From Squalus acanthias (lineage: Eukaryota): 64,000 bases of DNA. Location: assembly GCA_030390025.1 (NCBI GenBank), contig CM059432.1, forward strand, positions 99,512,001-99,576,000. Direction: 5' to 3'. A program made the position numbers and the translations under genes. Positions 26,470 to 37,589 of this stretch are shown here, piece by piece. Under the pieces are notes generated by a model. That model did not search any database. It worked only from the letters and a program-made list of their open reading frames with translations, and was not told the DNA's origin. Within the stretch, counting starts at the first letter, position 1, and each line of letters starts with the position of its first letter.

Positions 26470-28482
26470 CTCCAGTGCAACAAGGATCATCAAGGTCTCT
26501 AGATTACCAGGGCATAGTGTTTCAGCGTGCACTTGATATTCATGGTTTAAGCATGTTTTCGATATTTCTTGCTGCAACACAAAATTCAAGCAAGTGTCAG
26601 ATCAAGATTAGAAGCAGTAAGGTTAACTGCAATCATGAACTACCGAGAGGCCAAAATGATATATACTGAGGTGTATTTCAGTTTATGCTTGTGGGAGACA
26701 ATTCAAAGAAGGTGGATTATAGCATTGGAAGGTGTATAATGAAACAGACTTAACATGCACTGATGTGTTGCATTGAAACAGAATGTGTAATTAAAGTCAT
26801 TAACCTATACAAGGTGTGCCAAATGTCAAACAAACAGAGAACATTTAAAAACAGTAATTATGCAGAGAAACAACAGAGGGCCATGACATGAATCATCATT
26901 AACAATACCTCATTAGTATGATCACATTTAGTAGAGCTACAAGGAAATAACTAATGAACCATACAAAGGACAATTATTTTTTCCAAAACTACCATACATG
27001 AACCAACAACTCTAACATTTCTCTTCAAGTCCTTTGAACAGCCATTGTATTTACACGTAGAAATTAAATTTGTCATAATAAATACACTAAAAATTACATC
27101 TGAAAAATATCACCAACTTTAGCCATAAAGTTTATTATTATACGTTAGGAATGTTTCTAAGAATTTTTTCTCATACAAACCGACCAGTCTCTGTTTCTTT
27201 TAGCTTGAGTTCTGCTTGCTTCCAAATCTTGGCTTCTTCAACTGAGCCCTGGCATAAGAACTTAAGAACATAAGAAATAGGAGCAGGAGTAGGCCAATTG
27301 GCCCCTCGAGCCTGCTCCGCCATTCAATAAGATCATGGTTGATCTGATCCTAACCGCCAATCTACTATCACAGAACCATCTCCTGAACCTAACAGAATTG
27401 GACACACGAAATAGGAGCAGGATCAGGCTACACAGCCCCTGGGCCCGCTACGCTACCCACAGGGCCATGACCGATCCGAACCTAGACTCATGTCCAAATT
27501 CCTGCCCGCTCCCCGTAACCCTTAATTCCCTTTACTTCTAAGAAACTGTCTATTTCTGTTTTAAATTTATGTAATGATGTAGCTTCTACAGCTTTTTGGG
27601 GCAGCATATTCCATGGACCTACCACGCTCTGAGTGAAGTAGTTCCTTCTCATCTCAGTTTTGAAAGAGCAGCCCCTTATTCTAAGACTATGCCCCCTAGT
27701 TCTAGTTTCACCCATCATCGGGAACATCCTCCCCGCATCCACCCGATCCAACCCCTTCACAATCTTATATGTTTCAATAAGATCGCCTCTCATTCTTCTG
27801 AACTCCAATGAGTAGAGTCCCAATCTACCCAACCTCTCCTCATATGTCCATCCCCTCATCCCCGGGATTAACCGAGTGAACCTTCTTTGTACTGACTCGA
27901 GAGCAAGTATGTCTTTTCTTAAGTATGGACACCAAAACTGTATGCAGTATTCCAGGTGCGGTCTCACCAATACCTTGTACAACTGAAGCAATACCTCCCT
28001 ATTTTTATATTCTATCCCCTTAGCAATGAAAGCCAACATTCCATTGGCCTTCTTAATCACTTGCTGCACCTGCATACTAACCTTTTGAGTTTCGTGCACC
28101 AGGACCCCCAGATCCCTTTGTGCTTCAGTACTTTCCAGTTTCTTGCCATTTAGATAATAACTTGCTCTACTATTTTTCCTGCCAAAGTGCATAACCTCAC
28201 ACTTTCCAGTATTGTATTCCATCTGCCAAATCTCTGCCCCCTTACTTAGCCTGTCTATGTCCCCTTGCAGATTTTTGATGTCCTCCTCACTCACTACTTT
28301 CCCTCCCATCTTAGTATCATCTGCAAACTTTGATATGTTACACTCGGTCCCCTCCTCCAAATCATTCATATAGATTGTAAAGAGTTGGGGACCCAGCACT
28401 GACCCCTGCGGAACACCACTAGTTACTGATTGCCAGTCTGAGAATGAACCATTTATCCCAACTCTCTGCCTTCTGTTAGATA

Positions 28483-31245
28483 AAATTGAGAGGTCGCACA
28501 ACACCAGGTTATAGTCCAACAGTTTTATTTGAAATCACAAGCTTTCGGAGCTATCGATTTGCTCCTTCCTCAGGTGAAGTAAATTAGATACAGAATCTCC
28601 AAAGCATATATAGATGGAAAACAAAGCATGTGTACTTTACAATTGCAGACCAATAAATTAAATCATCCTGACTATCTGCCGAGGTGTGATAAAGTTAATT
28701 AAGTCAGCCAGGAAGGTACCACATCAAAGACATAGCAAGATACAACTGAGACAATGAGGTGTAGTCGCAGGGGTTCTAACGTGTCAAAAGCTGCCGTCTG
28801 TATGTAAAACGAAAAGCTTTAACATTTTTTACTTTTTTACTGGGAAAATTTTTACTTTTTTACTGGGAATCACATCTGTGAACAAGCTAACGACGACTCG
28901 AGTCCGGATCACGTCATGTATCGTGACATAAACCCAAGATCCCGATTGAGACCGTCTTCATGAGTGCGGAACTTGGCTATCAGTTTCTGCTCGATGATTT
29001 TGCGTTGTCGTGTGTTTCTAAGGTTGCCTTGGAGAACGCTTACCCGCAGATCCGAGGCTGAATGTCCTTGACTGCTGAAGTGTTCCCCGACTGGGAGGTA
29101 ACAATCCTGCCTGGCGATTGTTGCGCGGTGCTCGTTCATACGTTGTCTCAGTGTCTGCATGGTCTCGCCGATGTACCATGCCGCGGTGCATTCTTTCCTG
29201 CAACGTATGAGGTAGACAACGTTGGCCGAGTCACATGAGTATGTACCATGTACCTGGTGGGTAGTGTCCTCACGTGTGATGGTGGTATCTGTGTTGATGA
29301 TCTGGCATGTCTTGCAGAGTTTGCCATGGCAGGGTTGTGTGGTGTCGTGGTCGCTGTTATCCTGAAAGCTGGGTAATTTGCTGCGAACGATGGTACTTCT
29401 GAGGTTAGGCGGCTGTTTGAAGGCAAGTAGTGGAGGCGTGGGGATGGCCTTAGCGAGGTGTTTGTCGTCATCGATGACATGTTGAAGGCTGCGAAGAACA
29501 TGGCGTAGTTTCTCCGCTCCGGGGAAGTACTGGACGACGTAGGGTACCCTGTTGGTTGTGTCCCGTGTTTGCCTTCTGAGGAGGTCTATGCGATTTTTCG
29601 CTGTGGCCCGTCGGAACTGTCGATCGATGAGTCGAGCGTCATATCCCGTTCTTACGAGGGCGTTTTTCAGCGTCCGTAGGTGTCCATCGCGTTCCTCCTC
29701 GTCTGAGCAGATCCTGTGTATTCGCAGGGCTTGTCCATAGGGGATGGCTTCTTTAACATGGTTAGGGTGGAAGCTGGAGAAGTGGAGCATCGTGAGGTTG
29801 TCCGTGGGCTTGCGGTAGAGTGAAGTGCTGAGGTGTCCGTCTTTGATGGAGATTCGTGTGTCCAGGAATGAGACTGATTCTGAGGAGTAGTCCATGGTGA
29901 GTTTGATGGTGGGATGGAACATGTTTATGTTATCGTGTAGTCTTTTCAGTGATCCTTCGCCATGGGTCCAAAGGAAGAAAATGTCGTCGATGTATCTGGT
30001 ATACAGCGTTGGCTGGAGGTCCTGTGCAGCGAAGAAGTCTTGCTCGAACTTGTGCATGAAGATGTTGGCGTATTGGGGTGCGAATTTGGTCCCCATGGCT
30101 GTTCCGTGTGTTTGGGTAAAAAAATGGTTGTCGAAGGTGAAGACATTGTGGTCAAGGATGAAGCGGATGAGTTGTAGGATGGCGTCTGGAGATTGGCTGT
30201 TGTTGATGTTGAGTACTGAGGCTGTTGCAGCGATGCCGTCATCGTGGGGGATACTGGTGTAGAGTGCCGATACGTCCATCGTGGCAAGGAGTGTTCCTGG
30301 TTCAACTGGTCCGTGGGTGCTGAGTTTCTGTAAGAAGTCTGTAGTGTCGCGACAGAAGCTGGGGGTTCCCTGTACGATGGGTTTCAGAATGTCCTCGACG
30401 TATCCAGAGAGGTTCTCACACAGGGTTCCATTGCCTGATACGATAGGACGTCCGGGTGTGTTGGCTTTGTGTATCTTTGGGAGGCAGTAGAAGTCTCCCA
30501 CGCGAGGATTACGTGGGATGAGAGCGCGTAGGATGTTTTGAAGGTCTGGATCGAAGGTCTTGATCAGTCTATTGAGTTGGCGGGTGTGTTCTTTGGTCGG
30601 ATCTGCGGGTAGCTGTCTGTAGTGTTCCTGGTTGTCCAGTTGTCGGTATGCTTCTTTACAATAGTCCGTTCTGTTCTGTATGACGATGGCTCCTCCTTTG
30701 TCCGCTGGTTTGATGACAATGTTGCGGTTGGTCTTGAGAGCGTGGATGGCGTTGCGTTGTGCTCGGGTGACATTCTGGACTGTCTTGTGAGTGCGGCTGA
30801 TGAATCTGGCGTTGATGCATCTCCTGACAGCTTGAGCATACATGTCAAGCTTGGGGCAGCGACCCTCCGGAGGGGTCCAGTTTGACTCTTTTTTCTTCGG
30901 TTGCTGCACTGCGAGTCCCTCTGTCTGCTGTTCTGGATCATTGATTGTCTCATTGGGTTTGTTGCTGACATCTTGGGATTTGTGGAAGTATTCCCGGAGC
31001 CTCATTCTCCTGATGAATTCCTCCGTGTCTGCCGCGAGACGGATGCGGTCCATTTTGGTGGTTGGGCAGAACTTGAGCCCTAGGGCGAGAACTTCGATTT
31101 CGTCTGGTTGAAGGGTATGGTCGGACAAGTTGACGATGGACTTCCCTGTGGTTGCAGCCGTGGTACCGGGGGAGGCTTGGTTGCTGCTGGTGGTGATGCC
31201 GAGTTTCTCAAGCTTCCTGTTCTTGATGCGCATGTAGGCAGCGTA
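28483..31245 (-). mobile_element. Penelope-like element (RT + GIY-YIG endonuclease), 5'-truncated
   Basis: TSD GTTAGATA at 28475-28482 and 31246-31253; motifs IKPADKGG, YCLPKIHK, GRPIVS, DVSALYTSI, GTAMGT, YTRYIDDIF, LYRKPT, VVYLIRC..WYIGET. Confidence 0.96.
28535..28577 (-). ncRNA. Minimal type-I hammerhead ribozyme in the Penelope 3' pseudo-LTR
   Basis: Minus strand: UCAC CUGAGGA A GGAGC-aaaucgaua-GCUCC GAAA GC UU GUGA; intact CUGANGA/GAAA core, palindromic AAGCUU stem III, AAUAAA just downstream. Confidence 0.85.
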
Positions 31246-31785
31246 GTTAGATAGCCAATCCTCTATCCATGCCAGAATATTACCCCCAATCCCGTGATTT
31301 TTTATCTTAAGTAATAATCTTTTGTGTGGCACCTTGTCAAATGCCTTTTGGAAGTCTAAATACACCACATCCACTGGTTCCCCTTTATCCACCCTGTGTG
31401 TTACTTCCTCAAAGAACTCCAGCAAATTTGTCAAACATGACTTCCCCTTCATAAAACCATGCTGACTTTGTCCTATTAAATTATGATTATCCAAATGTCC
31501 CGTTACTGTCTCCTTAATAATGGACTCCAAAATTTTACCTACCACAGATGTTAGGCTAACCGGTCTATAGTTTCCAGCCTTCTGTCTACTGCTCTTTTTA
31601 AATAAGGGTGTTACATTAGCAGTTCTCCAGTCTGCCGGGATCTTTGCTGAGTCCAGGGAGTTTTGGAAAATTATTACCAATGCATCCACAAACCCTACCG
31701 CCACTTCCCTCAAGACCCTAGGATGTAAGCCATCAGGTCCAGGTGATTTATCCGCCTTGAGTCCCATTATTTTACCGAGTACCAC
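28909..31785 (-). CDS. Chimeric open frame: N-terminal CR1 RT fragment (about 180 aa) fused in frame to Penelope RT/GIY-YIG (about 778 aa)
   Basis: 958-codon stop-free ORF; junction WIEDWLSN|YAAYMRIK coincides with the TSD; the start is GTG, so expression is unproven. Confidence 0.75.
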   Translation of the reverse strand: MVLGKIMGLKADKSPGPDGLHPRVLREVAVGFVDALVIIFQNSLDSAKIPADWRTANVTPLFKKSSRQKAGNYRPVSLTSVVGKILESIIKETVTGHLDNHNLIGQSQHGFMKGKSCLTNLLEFFEEVTHRVDKGEPVDVVYLDFQKAFDKVPHKRLLLKIKNHGIGGNILAWIEDWLSNYAAYMRIKNRKLEKLGITTSSNQASPGTTAATTGKSIVNLSDHTLQPDEIEVLALGLKFCPTTKMDRIRLAADTEEFIRRMRLREYFHKSQDVSNKPNETINDPEQQTEGLAVQQPKKKESNWTPPEGRCPKLDMYAQAVRRCINARFISRTHKTVQNVTRAQRNAIHALKTNRNIVIKPADKGGAIVIQNRTDYCKEAYRQLDNQEHYRQLPADPTKEHTRQLNRLIKTFDPDLQNILRALIPRNPRVGDFYCLPKIHKANTPGRPIVSGNGTLCENLSGYVEDILKPIVQGTPSFCRDTTDFLQKLSTHGPVEPGTLLATMDVSALYTSIPHDDGIAATASVLNINNSQSPDAILQLIRFILDHNVFTFDNHFFTQTHGTAMGTKFAPQYANIFMHKFEQDFFAAQDLQPTLYTRYIDDIFFLWTHGEGSLKRLHDNINMFHPTIKLTMDYSSESVSFLDTRISIKDGHLSTSLYRKPTDNLTMLHFSSFHPNHVKEAIPYGQALRIHRICSDEEERDGHLRTLKNALVRTGYDARLIDRQFRRATAKNRIDLLRRQTRDTTNRVPYVVQYFPGAEKLRHVLRSLQHVIDDDKHLAKAIPTPPLLAFKQPPNLRSTIVRSKLPSFQDNSDHDTTQPCHGKLCKTCQIINTDTTITREDTTHQVHGTYSCDSANVVYLIRCRKECTAAWYIGETMQTLRQRMNEHRATIARQDCYLPVGEHFSSQGHSASDLRVSVLQGNLRNTRQRKIIEQKLIAKFRTHEDGLNRDLGFMSRYMT

Positions 31786-33257
31786 TTCCTTAGTGATTTT
31801 GATCGTGTTTAGCTCCTCCCCCCCCCTATAGACCCCTGTTTGTCCAGTGTTGGGATATTCTTAGTGTCCTCTACTGTAAAGACTGATACAAAATATTCAT
31901 TCAGTGTATTTGCCATCTCCATATTTCCCACCATTAATTTCCCGGTCTCATCCTCTAAGGGACCAACATTTACTTTAGCCACCCTTTTTCTTTTTATATA
32001 ACTATAAAAACTCTTACTGTCTGTTTTTATATGTTTTGCTAATTTACTTTCATAATCTATCTTCCCTTTCTTAATCAATCTTTTTGTTATTTTTTGTTGT
32101 CTTTTAAAGTTTTCCCAATCCTCTATCCTCCCACTAGATTTGGCTACCTTATAAGCCCTTGTTTTTAGTCGAATACTATCCTTAATTTATTTGCTTAGCC
32201 ACGGATGACTGTCTTTTCTTTTACACCCTTTTCTTCTCAGTGGAATATATATTTTTTGGAAGTTGTAAAATAACTCCTTAAATGTACACCACTGATCATG
32301 TATTGTCTTACCCTTTAATCTATTTTCCCAATCCACTCTACTAAATTCCGCTCGCATACCTTCATAGTCTCCTTTATTCAAGCTTAGCATGCTTGTTTGA
32401 GATCCAACCTTCTCACCCTCTAATTGAATATGGAATTCAACCATGTTATGGTCACTCATTCCAAGGGGATCCTTTACTAGGACATTTTTAATTAATCCTG
32501 TCTCATTACACAGGACCAGATCTAAGGTTGCTTGCCCCCTGGTCGGTTCAGTTACATACTGCTCAAGAAACCAATCCCTAATACACTCAATGAACTCATC
32601 CTCAAGGCAGCCCTGCCCAATTTGATTTGTCCAATTAATATGATAGTTAAAATCCCCCATAATTATAGATGTTCCCTTATTACAAGCCTCAACTATTTCC
32701 CGATTGATACTCCGTCCAACAGAGTTGCAACTATTCGGAGGCCTATAGACTATGCCCACTAGTGTTTTTTTCCCCTTATTATTCCTTATCTCCACCCAAA
32801 CTGTTTCATTATCCTGATATTTTGACCCAATATCATTTCTCTGTATTACAGTGATTCCTTCCTTTATTAACATAGCCACCCCACCTCCCCTTCCTTCCTG
32901 CCTGTCCTTCCTGATCGTTAAATAAGCTGGTATATTTAATTCCCAGGCATTGTCACCCTGCAGCCATGTTTCTGTAATGGCCACAATATCATACCCATAT
33001 GTAGTTATTTGTGCCATTAACTCATCTATTTTGTTACGAATGCTACGTGCATTCAGATAGAGAACTTTCAAATATGTTTTGTGACACTTAGTTCCTGCTT
33101 TTGCCCTTTTTATTACTTTACCTTTTACTCCATACCTTCTGCCCCTTCATGACACACTCTGGTTTTTAATTTCCCCACTGCTACCTAAGTCTATGACCTT
33201 CTGGTGACACATTGGGATAGTTTTTCATCTTTGCCAATTGGGTATCAAACATACGAT

Positions 33258-33345
33258 AGCAAAATACTGCAGATGCTGGAAATCCGAAATAACAACAGAA
33301 AACGCTGGAAAAACTCAGCAGGCCAGGCAGCATCCGTGGAGAGAA
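33258..33345 (-). mobile_element. Short Penelope-derived repeat fragment (hammerhead portion absent)
   Basis: GAAATAACAACAGAAAACGCTGGAAAAACTCAGCAGGCCAGGCAGCATCCGTGGAGAGA identical to the body of 59336-59435. Confidence 0.8.
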
Positions 33346-34174
33346 CCTGATGGGGAGCATTGCACATTAGTTACACAGGCTGCCTGATTTTCCTTCCATT
33401 AATTTAAATAGAAGGAAAATACAGAGGGTTCTGTTACTGGCGGTGCTCCACTCACCATGTTTTCCTCTCTGCGTTCTTCTTAGGTGATGCTTAATACCCA
33501 GGCAGTGAAGACGAAAATCTACCTCCAATATGTGTGTGAATCTTTTATTCTCCAATATGTGTGTGTGTGTGTGTGAGGCAGGAAGATGCATCATGGGACT
33601 TGTAGTTTTCACCCCATCCTATGAAACCACAGTACCGAAAGTGCACTGCAACAGTGTATATTGGCCTGGAGTTTCCGCTGGATTGCGGTGTATTTTTCAG
33701 CGCAATTCGCCTGAAATTGGGCAAATCTGTGCAAAAGATCACGGAATTTCAAACACAAATTACGTCTAGTGCAGATTGAGTTTCTGCGATCTTTTGTACT
33801 AGTTTAAAAAACATTGGTCTAGAAGCCGGCCTCGCACATAGAACTGGCCACACCCCAGATCGACTTAATCACCATGGCAAGTTTCTGCTAATAGCGCCCA
33901 TTTGCGGGCCTTCAAGGAGGTTCTTAAAATTAAACTTTTTTTAGGTGCAAGGACACTAATAGGCACATTTTAAAAGCTTTTGAATATATATTTGTTTTAA
34001 ATTTACTAAGAAAAGTACTGTATACTAATATAACCAGCAAGTTGATACATATAATTTTTTAAGTAATTTCAGTTATTTAAAAACGGATTACTCACAGGTT
34101 ATGGACTAGACATTGATTAAAAATGCTTATTTTTGTGATAAACCCATTTTCAGCTGTTTTAATCAAATACAGAC

Positions 34175-34428
34175 TGTTTCCCCCAGCTGGAGAGTCCAGA
34201 ACTAGGGGTCATAGTCTCAGGATAAGGGGTCGGCCATTTAGGACTGTGATGAGGAGAAATTTTTTCACTTAGAGGGTTGTGAATCTTTGGAATTCTCTAC
34301 GATATGGAGATAAGGCGGGGAAGTGCAGTTGATGTAGAAGATCAGCCATGATCTTATTGAATGGCAGAGCAGGCTCAAGGGGCCATATGGCCTACTCCTG
34401 CTCTTATTTTTTATATTCTTATGTTCTT
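34175..34428 (+). mobile_element. CR1 3' fragment inserted in an older TIR element (about 33663-34670)
   Basis: GAGTCCAGAACTAGGGGTCATAGTCTCAGG...GGCCTACTCCTGCTC, TTCTTATG tail. Confidence 0.85.
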
Positions 34429-34703
34429 AAACTGCACCAAGTTACCACTCTTAAATATATCAAGGAATATATTTTGAACCCAATTTTTTTTTTAATTATG
34501 TTCCATAATGCTGCCTGATTGCACTGGTTCAAGCCAGATTTTACATTTGGCGATATGCGCTTCTCAAAACTAGCACAGTTTGCGCCCGGATCGCCGATTG
34601 CAACCACTCAATGCCTGATACAAATGGCACAGGCTCTGCTGATTTTTAGCTCAAAATTTCAATCAGGGTGTTATATACGCCATTTGACACTGCATTGCAA
34701 TAG

Positions 34704-34802
34704 GTAACGTTGCCTAGTGGTCATGGTATTGGACTAGCAACCCAAAGATTGTAGGTTCAAATCCCATTATGGTGAGTTGTGAAATAGAATTTAATAAATC
34801 TG
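34704..34802 (+). mobile_element. tRNA-derived SINE head remnant
   Basis: TGCCTAGTGG A box and GGTTCAAATCCC B box; similar to the head at 48770-48805. Confidence 0.55.
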
Positions 34803-35189
34803 CTAATTAGAGTTTAATAAATATAAGACTGACCCTCGTTACACATGGCCTTCACCTGACACAGGCAAGTGCTTGGCTCCATATCTCAGGACCCTACCCA
34901 AGGAGACAGCAGCTGGAGTGCCAGTGTCAACAGGGCAGTAAGTGACCCAATGCCATTTTCAGTCCACTACTGTCCCATTTATACCAGGCACAGCGAGTTT
35001 AAATCAGCTCTTATAATGTCAATCACTAAGAGTTTGCGATTTGGGTGTGAAAAGAAATATCGCTTGCATCTTAAGAAAGTTATAAAATGATAGGTAAATA
35101 GCATAAATATTATATCTGTGAAACTTGTATCTTTCCATATCTATGAAATATGTGATTTATTTCTTCCTCATATCAATCAAGAGGAAGAC

Positions 35190-35325
35190 TCAGAAATAAA
35201 ATCAAAATACTGCGGATGCTGGAAATCAGAAATAAAAACAGAAAATGCTGGAAAACACTCAGCAGGTCAGGAGCATCTGGAGAAAGAAACAGAGTTAACA
35301 TTTCAGGTTGATGACCTTTTATCGC
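35190..35325 (-). mobile_element. Degenerate short hammerhead retroposon copy
   Basis: Family body plus AGAGTTAACATTTCAGGTTGATGACCTTTTATC (core mutated). Confidence 0.75.
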
Positions 35326-36149
35326 AGGAAGACTCCTGCTCCTTAGACACTATTACACAAAAAAGACGCACCGCCATTTTCTCAAGGTGACTAGGGATGT
35401 GAAATAAATATGGTCTCGATGGTATCACCTCATATTTTGGGAACACATTTTTAAAACATGACATGCTGCTTCAGTAAAGTTGTGTTACAGAGATGGGGAA
35501 ACCAGGTTTAGGCTCAGTTAGGATCGTGGGAAACATCAGAAAATGTATTCCAACTCAGACTGCCTGTCAGCATTGCAATGGGAGATCTACTAATAGTTAA
35601 TGAATACTTGATCTGTGTCTGTGGCTGCGACTTTGCCGGTGCTCAGAGGGCGGGTTTGGAGGTGGGTCAGAAGTGAAAATCTAAATGATTGACGGCGGGT
35701 GGCGAACCCGCCTCCACGCAACTTTACAAAGTGTCGGGCCTGCGAGTCCTGATCAGGCCCGACACCAATCGACGGGAAACACACTTAAGGCAGTTAACAG
35801 CTTGTTAACTGCCTGGATAATCCCATTTTTCAGGCTCTTCCCATTTTAGTACATTTTCACCGTGTTGCCTGTCGTGTGACAAACACGCCAGCTGATTGTG
35901 CCGGGTTCAGCAAATACCTGAATTGTTGACAGCTGCACCTGCAGCATAAAAGTGGACCTGTAACATGGCTGACTTCCAGATGCCAGAAGTTTATGTTTTG
36001 AAGTTTTGGAACACATTTTGCAGGTCTATTGAGCTTGTAAGTGTTTAAGCTGAGATTCATATGCACTGTGACCTCCTTGGAAAACCCTCTCCCCACATTG
36101 ACTGAGCGCTTATAACATCTATTCCTCAACTGACATATATACCAGCAGA

Positions 36150-37318
36150 ATGGGAACCATTTATACCCTCTCATCCTGGTCCTCAGAATCGGAGGAAGAG
36201 CAGCCTGGGCAGTAGCAGAACCCGGCACAACAGCAGCAGCAGCAACAGGAGCGCCAACCTTCTCCTCAGCCACCTGATGATGCACAGGGCAGAAGGCGTC
36301 AGCGCAGGGCTGCACCGCACCGCAGGAGATACCCCCAACACAGGGTTTACAGGCAGAGGATGAGCTTCCTCAACATGACTGAGCAGCAGTGCCAATGAAG
36401 GCTGAGATTTACGCGAGAGGTAGTCGCTGACACCTGCGCAATGTTGCACCAACACCTGGAGCCCAGAGGAGCGGGTGGACACTCCTTACCAGTGGCTGTC
36501 AAAGTCATCACCACACTCAACTTCTTTGCTTCGGGGTCCTTCCAGGGATCAGCAGCAGACATCAACGGCATCTCCCAGTCGGCCGCACACGCTTGCATCA
36601 CGCAGGTTACCGATGCCCTCTTTGCAAAGTCGTACAATTACATCCACTTCTCCACGGATGAAGCAAGTGTAACCGCGCGTGCGGTTGGCTTTGCAAATAT
36701 GGCAGGCTTGCCAAGGGTGCAGGGCGTAATATATTGCACACATGTGGCCATTAGGGCACCCCATCACAACCCAGCTGTATTTGTCAACCGCAAGGGCTTC
36801 CACTCCCTTAACGTCCAGCTGGTATGTAACCACAGGAAGAACATTATGCATGTTTGCGCCAAGTTCCCTGGCAGTTGCCATGACTCATTCATCCTGCGGC
36901 AGTCTACTGTGCCTCAACTGTTCAATCCGCCAACCCAACTTTTGGGATGGCTACTTGGAGACAAGGGCTAACCCCTGAAGACGTGGCTAATGACACCGAT
37001 GAGGAGGCCATCAAACGAAGCTGAGGAGCGCTACAATGTGATCCACATTTCCACCAGAAGCATCATAGAGTAAACCTTCAGATGCCTCGATAGATCTGGT
37101 GGAGCCCTACTGTACTCACCAGCAAGGGTCTCCAGAATCATCGTGGTCTGTTGTGCACTGCACAACATCGCACATCAGCGTGGCTCAGGGAGGAGGAGGA
37201 GGAGGAGGATGCAGATGAGGAAGACCTTGCGGAGGCGCATGTGCCAGTTCCACCAACACACGAGCATATTGCTGGCCGTGAGGCAAGGGATACACTAATC
37301 CATGCTAGATTTGCGTAA
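36150..37318 (+). pseudogene. Harbinger DDE transposase (premature stops, deletions)
   Basis: MGTIY start; [42 protein letters not shown]. Confidence 0.93.
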
Positions 37319-37589
37319 TTTTCGCAGCAAACACATGTGGCTGGCACATGGAAATGAGTGTCTGCTGACCTTCTCAACACACCATACAGCATCTGTACAA
37401 TAAACTGTGGTTTCCTATCACTCTCACCACCATCATTACAGATGAAGGCGGCCTGAGTCCTCACTGTTCAACTTCCATTTCTGAGCACACTTAGGCCAAC
37501 TCTTTGAATCTTTGACATCGCATTTCGTAATTACAATTAAAATAACAATGAGAATCTTCACTTTGTATTAGATCAAAACACCCAAGTGA

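Larger units (their letters stand above)
27255..33190 (-). mobile_element. Near full-length CR1 (HER1-like) LINE split by a Penelope element
   Basis: APE endonuclease 33071-32187 (YLNARS, ITETWL, YRPP, GDFN, LDL, SDHN); RT halves at 31785-31246 and 28482-27488 (GVPQGSVLGP, FADDTK); one stop at 32187 and a frameshift in the poly-C near 31820. Confidence 0.95.

Noticed and set aside
27175..27252. Short open frame GSVEEAKIWKQAELKLKETETG on the minus strand
   Set aside because: The acceptor context comes from a CR1 tail, the donor is weak and I recognise no homolog
29018..31111. Multiple overlapping and antisense ORFs
   Set aside because: Shadow frames of the GC-rich Penelope ORF
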